From NCBI GenBank assembly GCA_052327205.1, contig CM126221.1:76570001-76634000 (forward strand): a stretch of 64,000 nucleotides of DNA, read 5' to 3'. The first letter of the stretch is position 1. Each line of letters begins with the position of its first letter. The translations under genes were made by a program, and so were the position numbers. The notes under the pieces are model-generated. The model worked only from the letters and a program-made list of their open reading frames with translations. It was not told the DNA's origin and made no database searches. Source of the stretch: Somniosus microcephalus (lineage: Eukaryota). This document shows, piece after piece, positions 48,115-59,591 of the stretch.

Positions 48115-49115
48115 CGACTGAGCCTCCACAGTCCTCTGGGGCAGAGAATTCATAAGATTCACAACCCTCTGAGTGAAGAAATTCCTCCCCATCAATGTCT
48201 TAAATGGCCGACCCCTTATCCTGAGACTATGACCCCTAGTTCGAGACTCTCCAGCCAGGGGAAACAGCCTTGGGTCATCTATCTAGCAATCCCTGTTGGA
48301 AGTGCATGTATGTGAAACAGCCTCTCAGCATCTACCCTGTCAAGCCCTCTCGGAATTGTATGTTTCAATGAGAACTTAGTCTGGTAGAGTGTGTCACCTC
48401 CCGCCACAATTGCATCACTCTGTTTACATTCGGAGTTTGTCACTGGAAGCAGCGGTACTGTTGGTGGCAATCTCCAAATGCAAATGAGGTGCTGCAGTCA
48501 ATTCTGGGTAGAGGTAGTCTGGGGAAGTCCCTCTCTCAGGCCTGTTCTTTAATTTGTTATAATAGTATTTTTTTAACTGAAGTTTGCCAACAGTAGTTGG
48601 TCAATAAGAATAATTGGTAGAAGGATTAGAGGGGAGTTGAGGAGAGCTTACTTTACATAGGATATACAGCACAGAAACAGGCCATTCGGCCCAACCGGTC
48701 TATGCCGGTGTTTATGCTCCACTCGAGCCTCCTCCTGCCTTTCCTCATCTAACTCTATCAGCGTAACCCTCTATTCCCTTCTCCCTCATATGTTTATCTA
48801 GCCTCTCCTTAAATGCATCTATACTATTCTTTCTACCACTCCTTGTGGTAGCGAGTTCCACATTCTCACCACTCTCTGGGTAAAGAAGTTTCTTCTGAAT
48901 TCCTCACCCAGAGGGTGGTGGGGGTCTGGAACTCACTGCCTGAAAGGGTGGTAGAGGCAGAGACCCTCGTCGCATTTACAAAGTACTTGGCTATGCACTT
49001 GAAGTGCCGTAACCTGCAAGGCTACGGACCAAGAGCTGGAAAGTGGGATTAGGCCGGCACAGACATGCTGGGCCGAATGGCCTCCTTCTGTGCCATAAAT
49101 TTCTATGATTCTATG
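48115..49115. mobile_element. Cluster of CR1 3' fragments (about 48115-48370 minus; about 48610-49115 plus with an inverted copy nested at about 48655-48902)
   Basis: CR1 FFTQRVV-type sequence and 3' motifs on both strands. Confidence 0.8.
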
Positions 49116-49165
49116 AATAAGCCAGTAACTAGAGGGCATAAATTTAAAGGGGCAGGGGTGCCAAA

Positions 49166-49323
49166 CAATGTTCCCTTTAAGCCGCGTGGCCGTGCAGCGC
49201 TCCAGGGGTCCCACACAGCCGGCTCGCCGGCTTTTAAACAGAAAAACCCACGCCTGCGCGGTGATTTGAATGGGCCGTTAAAGTGGCCACGCGGCCCCCC
49301 AAAAAAAATTACAGGGAACGTCG
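49166..49323. mobile_element. hAT-type MITE (158 bp)
   Basis: caatgttccct...agggaacgtcg TIRs with a perfect 8-bp TSD gtgccaaa (49158-49165, 49324-49331). Confidence 0.9.
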
Positions 49324-49529
49324 GTGCCAAAGCTCCCAGGGGTTCCGACAGACTCTTGCCGTAACCAAGCGAATTGACATACACTGGCCTCCAGATGGGC
49401 GAATCTGAGTCCCACCAGAGGCACCCAGGACAGGAAACCGCCTGGAGCCCTGAAGAAATAGCAACATTTGTTTTTAAAGAAGGCAGATCGGCTCCCTTAC
49501 ACAAGGAGCCGAGGAACATGCAGCCACAT

Positions 49530-49896
49530 AGGCTGACACTCCAGTGCAGTGCTGAGGGAGCGCTGCACTGTCGGAGGTGCCGTCTTTCGGATGAGACGTT
49601 AAACTGAGGCCCCATCTGCTCTCTCAGGTGGACGTAAAAGATCCCACGGTCACTATTTTGAAGAAGAACAGGGGGAGTTCTCCCCAGTGTCCTGGGGCCA
49701 ATATTTATCCCTCAATCAACATCACTAAAACAGATTATCTGCTCATTATCACATTGCTGTTTGTGGGAGCTTGCTGTGCACAAATTGGCTGCCGCGTTTC
49801 CTACATTACAACAGTGACTACACTTCAAAAAGTACTTCATTGGCTGTAAAGCACTTTGGGACGTCCTGAGGTGGTGAAAGGTGCTATAGAAATGCA
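49530..49896 (+). mobile_element. Deu-domain SINE lacking the tRNA head
   Basis: Core and tail match the other copies. Confidence 0.88.
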
Positions 49897-50429
49897 GGAG
49901 CCCGCTGGCCTTGGCATCCTTCCTGTCGGCTTTGAGCGGCTCACCGATGTCAGTTATTCAAATGTGGCCCTTAAGCTAAAATTAGCCGCACCTCACTTCA
50001 TTCAGGACTGCCGGGCACACCGTCTGCTTCGGGACTCCCATCAACCATACCCGCCCCCCCTTTAAAATCGGGGCCTAAGTGTTCGAACTTTGTAAATGTA
50101 GAAGGATGATTTTATATTTCTACTGTAATTGTCTAAAAGAACACGTTTACAGTAGAAATAGCTAGCAGAGGCCACAAGAGCATAAGAATTCGGAGCAGGA
50201 GTCGGCCACACGGCCCCTCGAGCCTGCTCCGCCATTCAAAAAGGTCTTCTACCTCATCTCCACTTTCCCATCTGATCTCTTATCTCTTGATTCTTCCCCT
50301 AACAATGTAATATAATGGAATAACATGCCTGATACCACCTCCATTTCCTTAAAACAGCTTTAATCTTAAGGTAAAAGCAGAAAATGCTCAGCAGGTCAGG
50401 CAGCATCTGTGGAGAGAGAAACAGAGTTA

Positions 50430-51395
50430 AAATCCAAATACACCACATCCACTGGTTCTCCCTTATCTATTCAACCAATTACTTCCTCAAAAAACTCCAG
50501 TAGGTTTGTCAAACACAATTTCCCTTTCATAAATCCATGTTGACTTTGTCTAATCCCGTTGATATTTTCTAAGTGTCCCGTTATCACATCCTTTATAATA
50601 GACTCTAGCATTTTCCCTACCACTGATGTTAGTCTGTAGTTTCCTGTTTTCTTTCTCCCTCATTTTTTAAATAGTGGGGTTACATTTGCCACCCTCCAAT
50701 CTGCAGGAACTGTTCCATAATCTATAGAATTTTGGAAGATGACAACCAATGCATGTACTATTTCCATGGCTACCACTTTTAGTACTCTGGGATGCAGATT
50801 ATCAGGTCCTGGGGATTTATCGGCTTTCAGTCCCATTCATTTCTCCAGCACTATTTTTTTATAATACTAATTTCCCTTAATTCTGCCTTTTCACTAGACC
50901 CTTGGTTCCCGAGCATTTCTGGGAAGTTAATTGTGTCCTCTTCCATGAAGACAGAACCAAAGTATTTGTTTAATTGCTCTGCCATTTCCTTGTTCCCCAT
51001 TATAAATTCTCCCATTTCTGACTGTAAGGGACTTACATTTGTCTTCACTAATCTTTTTCTTTTTACATACTTGTAGAAGCTTTTACAGTCCGCTTTTATG
51101 TTCCTTGCAAGTTTACTCTCATACTCTATTTTTCCCCTCTTAATCAATCTCTTGGTCCTTTTTTGCTGAACTCTAAACTGCTCCCAATCCTCAGGCTTGC
51201 TACTTTTTCTGGCAACTTTATATGACTCCTCTTTGGATCTAATACTACCCTTAATTTCTTTTGTTAGCCATGGTTGGGCCGCTTTTCCTTTTATGATTTT
51301 GCGCCAGAAAGGAATGTATAACTGTTGCAATTCATGCATTTGTTCCTTAAATGTTAGCCATTGCCTATCCACCGTCATGCCTTTTAATGAAGTTC
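50430..51395 (-). mobile_element. Internal CR1 ORF2 segment, flanked by PLE pLTR pieces
   Basis: QPWLTKEIK...KSFYKYVKRKR...LNKYFGSVF, homologous to about 8580-9560. Confidence 0.88.
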
Positions 51396-52009
51396 TGTGA
51401 TAGGGTGGAAGGCAGGAGAGAAACAGGAAGCAATGAAGGTGAACAAGGTAAAAGAGACAAACGGAAATCTCCTCAGAGAGAAGAGCAGAACTTTTTCAAG
51501 GTGGGCACTCCTGGAAGAGAGGTGGCAGCGAATGAAACACGAATACAACATCTTAAGATTCCCACCAATAATCTGCTATTTCAGTCATTTTCATATTCTT
51601 GCAATGATGTACCAAGGTCAGCCTCCCTTCAGAATTCCCTGCCTCCCGCAGTCCCTCTCTGACCTCCAAGGCAACCGGATCCTCTGGGGTTGTATCACGT
51701 GATGTTACTGAGCAACTGTTCCAGCTTGCAGAGCAATTCCTCAAAAAATTCAATCAGAAATAATAACAAGGCATTTAACCCATCATAAATTAATTGTAGA
51801 ATTGGCATAAATAGAATGACAGTCAATTCAATACAGAAAATATCCCCTAAAGAAACCGAGCCTGCATAATCCACTTACAGCTTAGTCATGAAGGCAAGTT
51901 CTCCCCATGATATATTTTCCATATTAAATGGGTTAGAATGGTACGTTTCGTCTATACATTACTGCAAAACAAATTGCAAAGTGAAATATTAATGCCCTAA
52001 TATTGTTAC

Positions 52010-52318
52010 TGAAGGGTCGATAATGAGAGGGCACAGATTTAAGATAATTGGATAAAGAACCAAAGGCGACACGAGGAAAATCTTTTTTACGCGACGAGTG
52101 GTTAGGATTTGGAATGCGCTGCCTGATAGGGCGGTGGATACAGATTCAATAGTAGCCTTCAAAAGGGAATTGGATAAATACTTGAAGGAGAAAAAATTGC
52201 AGGGATCTGGGGAAAGAGCGGGGGAGTGGGACTGACTGGATTGCTCTTCGAAAGAGCCGGCGCAGACTCGACGGGCCGAATGGCCTCCTTCTGTGCTGTA
52301 CTATTGTGTGATTCTATA
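52010..52318 (+). mobile_element. CR1 3' fragment
   Basis: Nearly collinear with 46365-46670. Confidence 0.88.
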
Positions 52319-52738
52319 GTATCAATCTCTCACCCTTCCTCCTCTCTATAAAGCACTCGCCCATGGTTCCATGGGTGCAGGCTCATCTGGCCATCCTTCA
52401 TGGAGGAGTTAACTAGTGAGTATTTGCAGGCTATTCCACCATAAAGGGCATCACAGTTGAGCTTAATCCATTCCTTACCCAGCGGCCAAACACAAGCATT
52501 TTCCAGCGGAGGTTACTGGATAACAATTAGAAGGAGCTTGTTGGCCTTCCTTCTCTAGTCTAGTGGGACTGAAGCCAACTGTTCCACCCCAGTTTATTTC
52601 AATGCGCGGTCCCTTTACATTTCTGTGCATGGGCGTTACTTCCAATGGAGAAGCTTGTGAGCGGCCGGCGTGGGACCTTGCGGATTACTGGGCGGCCGCG
52701 CATGCACACAGCCTAGAAGGAATATTGCTCAGCAGGTC

Positions 52739-53555
52739 AGGCAATTTTGTAAATGGATGCGGCTTGGGAGCGGGTCAGCTAGTTTCCGGCTTCCAGTCCC
52801 GCCCCCAACTGCATCTGGCCCACGGATGTGATTTTCCCTTGACTGACCTTGTTAAGCCCGCCCTGCAGGCTTGCCGGCCAATTAAGAGGAAGCCAGTGTC
52901 AGATGACATCATCTGATGACACGTCATCTGCCAGTTTTCTTAAAGGGACCACGCACAATTTTTCTTTGACTGCTCATTTCTCAGTGCTTGACAGCATTGA
53001 GGTGCTGCAAACACTGACAATTACTGTTTACAGGTGAGCTCTTGCACCCAGGCTCTCCAATGACTCCCTCCATAGGCTAGCACAGATGGCAGCTGCAGGT
53101 GAGGTTACAGAAGCAATCTGTCACTGGTGAGACAGGTTCCCCCAATGAGGTGGGACTAGACATCGATTTTAAAACTTGTTACCGACAGAAAAGTGTAAAT
53201 GCATTAAAAGTTATTTTCCCAACATTTTCTTACCAGTGCACCATTGGATCCTTCACATCACTTCTGCAGCTGTCATCAAAGCAGAAACACTACAGTAGAC
53301 CAACACACCACACTTACCTGGCGTGGTGTCCGGACGTTGGGGAACCTGAGGCAGAAGCGGCAAGGTTGAAAAAGAGCCTGTTAACAGGCAGGTAAGTGGC
53401 TTTAATCCTCTTCCCGCCACTAGGTGTCGGGTCCATGCACAAATCGGGGACCCGAAACTTGGGAAGATTGATTGGAGGCGAGTCGACAGCGGATTTCCTG
53501 CCCACTGTCAATCTTTGCAATTTTGACAGTGGTCCCGCCTCCAAACCTGCCCGCT
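52739..53555. mobile_element. GC-rich-ended element homologous to 58583-59439
   Basis: Shared blocks gttaagcccgccc...ccggccaattaag and ggctttaatcc.cttcccgcc in the same order. Confidence 0.6.
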
Positions 53556-54551
53556 GAGCGCCAGCAACATTCTGGCCAAGGTTTCAGGTCGACGTCCTTT
53601 CGTCAGAACATCCCGCCTACGCCTACTGCTACCCTGGCTGGGACTAGCTCGCTCAGCACAGATTCGGAACTGAGCCTGAGGTCCGTTAATACTTTCTATA
53701 GGTTGTTTATTAAATGCAGATGTAAAAGTAACCATTGTGAAATTTCCACCTCAGTGATTATGAGTGATCAACTGCTAACTGATCTGTTTAGATGAACAAA
53801 TGACTGATCAGCATGAGAGTGGAGGCCATTAATCAGTTTCTTAAATATGTATTGCGTGCATAAATTGCAAAACGATGCCTAGTAGGAAAATTTGCCTTTT
53901 TATGATGTATGTAACAGAACAGAATGACTGGAATTACTACCTTTTCAATTCATGTGTTGTCTCACAGATCACTAGCAGAAAATTCCAGGACAGCCATGAA
54001 ATTGGCCTCACTGTCTCATGTACTGAATTTCCCTGGTGCAGCATGTCTATAAGTGCGAGAGTCTCAGACTGTTCCATATTAGAGACTCGCGGTTGACGTA
54101 TTTATATTGCCCTAGGCGCTCAGTACCATGTAAATCAGCCTGTTTACAAGCTTCACAGCACAGAAGCAACATAAACATACCTTGCGTCTGTCGAGTCTTG
54201 GGCGCACACAATTATTTTTTCAGTCGTGGTTTGTGATTCTGTTTCTGGCTGTGAGACCTTATCTCCAGTGACTGAGGAAGGCCCATGAGTGAAAACTGCA
54301 TCGTGAACCTGCACAGGCGGGTTGAGCTCCTCGGTTCACTGCCGGCTAGCTAGCTGTGGCTTCTCCCTCTGACGGCACCGCTATGATGGTTACTGGCGGC
54401 AGAGCGAGACAACCACCACTTTAGATGGGTTTTGAAGCTGACAGGTCTGGGATAAACTGACCCCTCTCCACTGGGGCAGTGATAGGAGCAAAATAGACCA
54501 GGGTTCCTAACCCTGATCATTATCCGGTGACCCTGCTGGAAGCATGTGTTT

Positions 54552-56248
54552 ACATAGGATATACGGCACAGAAACAGGCCATTCGGCCCAACCAGTCCAT
54601 GCCGGCGTTTATGCTCCACTCGAGCCTCCTCCCGTCTTTCCTCATCTAAATCTATCAGCGTAACCCTCGAGAAGACAAAGGCAAAAGTGAGCGTATGAAA
54701 CAACATCCTGAATAAGCTCACTAACACAAGATGGGGAACAAGCCCGAAAACATTGCGAACCAGTGCACTTGCTCTTTGCTATTCCACTGCCGAATACGCC
54801 TGCCCTGCATGGGAAAGGTCTACTCATGCCAAGAAGATGGATGCCGTTCTGAATGCAAGCTGCCGATTTATCACAGGTTGCTTAAAACCAACAAACACCA
54901 ACAGCCTATATATCCTGGCAGGTATCGCTCCCCCTGATATAAGAAGAACGGTAGCCAGCAAGAAAGAACGACTCCGTCAAACATCAGATGAGAGACACCC
55001 TCTGCATTGTCATACACCTACACCCAGCCGCCTAAAGTCAAGGAAGAGCTTCATGAACAGTGTTGTTCCATTACAATCAACCTCATCTGAAGCCCGCATC
55101 GCCTTGTGGAAAGATCGGCTCGCCAGTCTTGAACAACCCCCAGCGATGGAAATTTTACTTGATGAAAGCCTTCCCCCAGGAGCTAATTGCAACTGGGCAA
55201 CCTGGAAGTGCCTTAACAGACTTAGGACCGGTGTAGGTTGCTCAAAGGTGTCACTAAGCAAATGGGGATATTCAACCAGCCCGACAACTTGTGAATGTGG
55301 AACTGAGGCACAGACTATGCAACATCTCCTGCAATGCCCATCGTTAGAGGAACCCTGCACTGTTGCAGATCTTGCCGAATTCAACAACAAGGCGCAAAAA
55401 TGTGTCCAGTTCTGGCTGGGCTATGTATAGACTGTCCGTGGACACGATAAGAAGAAGAAGCGTAACCCTCTATTCCCTTCTCCCTCATATACTTGTCTAG
55501 CCTCCCCTTAAATGTATCGATACTATTCGCCTCAACCACTCCCTGTGGTAGCGAGTTCCACATTCTCACCACTCTCTGGATAAAGAAGTTTCTTCTGAAT
55601 TCCCTATTGGATTTCTTGGTGACTATCTTATATTACATAGAAACATAGAAACATAGAAGATAGGAGCAGGAGTAGGCCATTCGGCCCCTCAAGCCTGCTC
55701 CGCCATTCAATGCGATCGTGGCTGATCATCCAAATTCAGTACCCTGTCCCTGCTTTCTCCCCATATCCCTTGATCCCTTTAGCCTTAAGAAATATATCCA
55801 ACTCCTTCTTGAATATATTTAATGAAATGCCTTCTGTGGTAGAGAATTCCACAGGTTCACCACTCTCTGGGTGAAGAAATTCCTCCTCATTTCTGTCCTA
55901 AATGGCTTACCCCTTATCCTTGATGGCCTCTAGTTTTGCTCTTCCCCACAAGTGGAAACATTCTCTCTGTGTCTACTCTTTTTCAAAACCTTTCATAATT
56001 TTAAAGTCCTCTATTAGGTCACCCCTCAGCCTTCTCTTTTCAAGCAAAAAGAGACCCAGCCTGTTCATCCTTTCCTGATATGTATACCCTCGCATTTTTG
56101 GTATCATCCTTGTAAACCTTCTCTGCACCCTTTCCAGTGGCTCTATATCCTTTTTATAATATGGCAACCAGAACTGTACGCAGTACTCCAAGTGTGGTCT
56201 AACCAAGGTTCGATACAAGTTTAACATAACGTCCCTACTTTTCAATGT
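54552..56248 (-). mobile_element. CR1 3' fragment carrying nested Vingi-like and CR1 (about 55636-55922) insertions
   Basis: ORF 55973..56245 encodes LVRPHLEYCVQFW...RRLRGDLIE; the 3' end matches 48655-48900. Confidence 0.88.
54669..55458 (+). mobile_element. Vingi/Ingi-like non-LTR retrotransposon 3' fragment
   Basis: RTSALALCYSTAEYACPAW...AGIAPPDIRR...LNRLRTG...CECG...QTMQHLLQC; (gaa)n tail; TSD agcgtaaccctc (54657-54668, 55459-55470). Confidence 0.85.
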
Positions 56249-57654
56249 ATAATGTGTGTGTGTAGATGTCAGGTGAAGACAGGATCAGGCTTGACTGTGA
56301 TGCTTCCTGCAATCGAGCAGCCAGCTGACTTACCCTGTCAAGCCTCACACATGAATAATTTCCCCTGGGTGAGGTATTGGAGAGCAACCAGCAGCAATGG
56401 AACTGTAATTCGACAAGGAGCCAACACCTTCAGGGGAGGAAGAGGCAGGAGAAAAATGGTGCAGAGAAATTGGCAATAGTAAATAAATAGATGGGATTTG
56501 GCACCTCCAAAGACAGCAGCCTCACCTCATTAATCTTGCAGGCCTGCTGGCAAAGAGCAAGCTCCCATCGGTTGCATTGCTATAAGGTGCGTGGATCATC
56601 TACAGATACATTCTGTACCTTGGCTTTTAGTAGCTATTCATTGTTAACATGTAAACTGGTGATTTTGAATCACATTATTACACGGAGTGTATCACGCAGA
56701 GGGACATTGGTGGTGGCATAACCTTGCAATTTTAATTGAAATAGCCCACTGTTGTGTTGTGCTGTTTTACCATTCCTAAATGTGCCCTAGAAGCAAGGTT
56801 GCCAGACCCGGTCAGGTAGACAGTGTAGCCATGCCTTTACGAGGGGGAGAGGAAATGAGGTTTATAGATAAGGTTTTTCAAAAGTGTGAGGAGTTGCAAA
56901 AAGACAAGAGATTTCTGAAGGATGTTTGACGTGCCCTCAGGGACTCTACCTCCCTCCCTTACTCTGACACAAACAGGATGGAAGGCAGCCTAAGGTCCTA
57001 TCAGTACAATTAAAAATAGCGGTGAAAACATGGAGCAAAATCTTTACAGCATGATTATTGCAAATTGCAAAAGGCAGAAACCCCCCCGATAATGATTCAC
57101 TCACCTTGAATCTTTTGTAGAAAATACATAAAGCTAACTGACCCAAACCTTCCATGCAAGTATTTTTATTTGTTGGCGAATTTGAATATTTTGGGATGTT
57201 CCTGCTTTTTATTCATGCAGTGTGGTCTCCTCAAAGAAACAGTTTACCAGCCTGAACTAGTCCAAATCCGGTACGCAAACACATACGCTCACTGCACTGA
57301 AAGAAATCTCCAGGAAAGAATTTACCAATAGCAGTTAGCAGCTAGAAGAGTTTCTTTCTTGACAAGTAAAACTGAAAGCCATGAAAGTGCACCTTTTGTG
57401 GAACACAAACATTGTAGAAAGGTCCTCCACAGGGAGAAAATATATCACTTTAATTCAATCAAAATCTCTCAGACCATTACAAAAACAAGCACTTCTCAAG
57501 GGCAACTAAAGATAGGCAATAAATACTGGCCTTGCCAACGACGCACACATCCCATGAATGAAAAAAAACTTACTTCTCTGTGTTTGGAATGCACGTATAA
57601 CTGTAACCTCATATAGAGAGTCTGTTCCTAGAGATAAAAATTGGATTTGACTAA

Positions 57655-58165
57655 AATAAAAACAGAAAATGCTGGAAACACTCAGCAGGTCAGGCAGCAT
57701 CTGTGGAGAGTGAAACAGAGTTAACGTTTCAGCCCGATGACATAAGAACATAAGAATTAGGAGCAGGAGTCGGCCATTCGGCCCCTCGAGCCTGCTCCGC
57801 CATTCAATAAGATCATGGCTGATCTTCTACCTCATACCCACTTTCCTGCACTATCCCCATATCACTTGATTCCCTTAATATTCAAAAATCTATCGATCTC
57901 TGTCTTGAATATACTCAAGGACTGAGCCTCCACAGCCCTCTGGGGTAGAGAATTCCAAAGATTCACTGACCTTTCGTCAGAAGGTGAAGATTCTAAGAGG
58001 GTTATGGAGCAAATCCCAGAGCAGGACCCAGGCAGTTGAAAGCTTCCGATCTGAAATGTTAACTCTGTTTCTCTCTCCACGGATGCTGCCTGACCAGCTG
58101 AGTATTTCCAGAATTTTCTGGTTTTTATTTCAGATTTCCAGCATCCGCAGTATTTTGCTTTTGTT
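57655..58165. mobile_element. Two PLE family B pLTR pieces in inverted orientation, the first split by a CR1 3' end (about 57742-57966)
   Basis: 57655-57985 (minus) and about 58045-58165 (plus) share the gatgctgcctgacc block. Confidence 0.8.
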
Positions 58166-58582
58166 TTGCAGGATAGCAAAGCTCGACCCTGCCAATGTTA
58201 TGTTTAATTGAGCGAAACTTGGGAGGTAATCAGGCTGAATGTACACACTGCTGCATAATCTGCGCCACATTGAATAGGTTTGTTTAGCATTATACAGCTG
58301 ACTCTTTTTCACTAGTTACTTTAGTACAGAGCCCTTCATTTGTTTATAACTTGAGAAACCCAGGTGAAGGGCCAAGGCCCATAATGTATGTTCAAAGGAT
58401 CATGAGAGCTGAGTTCATCGAGAATTGGTAAGTACGTGAGCAATAACGACAACTTGAATTTGTATAGTGCCTTTACTGTAAAAAATGGCCCAGGGTATTT
58501 CACAAATAGACATAAGGGAAACGATGCTGAGCCAGAAAAGGGAACGATTAGGAGGACTGACCAAAAGTTCGATCGAAGCGAA

Positions 58583-59439
58583 GGGGGCGATTTTGTGAAT
58601 GGGGGCGCGTTGGAGGCGGGACTGCTGCTTGTCGGGTCGATGTCCCGATTATCCTCCATCGATTTGTGGCCAACCCACGCTATTTCCCCTTGATTGACCT
58701 TGTTTGTTAAGCCCGCCCAGTGGGTTTAGCCGGCCAATTAAGGGAAAGCCGGTTACTGGTGACATCAGCGAGTGACGTTTCATCTGTCAAGAGCTTTTGA
58801 CAGCTGAATTGCTCTGTGAAGCTGTCAAACAGTGACATTCTCTGCAGTTTCATGAGGTCTAGAGACCTCGTCAACCTTCTTTCTTTTACAGAATTGAGAT
58901 GTTTGTTGCATCTGAGAATGCAACGGCCATCTCTCATCTGCAACATGGAGGTCCGAGACTCTCCGTACAGAAACCGACTGAAGCCTGCAGGAAGAAACAA
59001 AGGTAAGTACACTTTTACTAACACTTTGCACTTACCTCAGATACTCACCTCTACACACTTGCACCCATCACTTACCTTCACACCACACCTTTGCAACCCC
59101 CCCACCCCGACCCCTGCAGACCCACTACTCGCCTCGCTGAGCTGACGGGTTTTGGAGCCTTCGGGAAGCCCACACTTGTGAGGGCAAAAACGGGCTAATT
59201 CTATTTTCTGCCTGTTAACTACCTGTTAACTGGCAGTTAGTAGTTAATAGGCAGTTAAAAGGCTTTAATCCCTTCCCGCCTCCAAGGAGACGGGACCCGG
59301 CGCTGGACGGCAACCCACCTCCTGGGAAGATGGCATGGAGGTGGGTTGGAGGCGGGTTTGCCACCACCCCCAAATTCTGTTATTTTCCCGGCAGTCCCAC
59401 CTCCATACCTGCCTCCCCAGGGCTGGAAAAATCGCCCCC
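58583..59439. mobile_element. Non-autonomous TIR element (857 bp) inserted in a decayed L2 3' end
   Basis: Perfect 12-bp TIR gggggcgatttt / aaaatcgccccc; no clear TSD. Confidence 0.75.
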
Positions 59440-59591
59440 GTTGAGTTTTGAGGAGAGAGAGAGGTAACGAGTCGAAGAGGTTTAGGGAGAGAATTCCAGA
59501 GTAGGACCCAGGCAGCTGGGGGCTTTGCTACCAATGATGGGAGTAAAGGGACAAGGATGCACAAAAGGTCAGGGTCAGAGGAATGGAGTAT

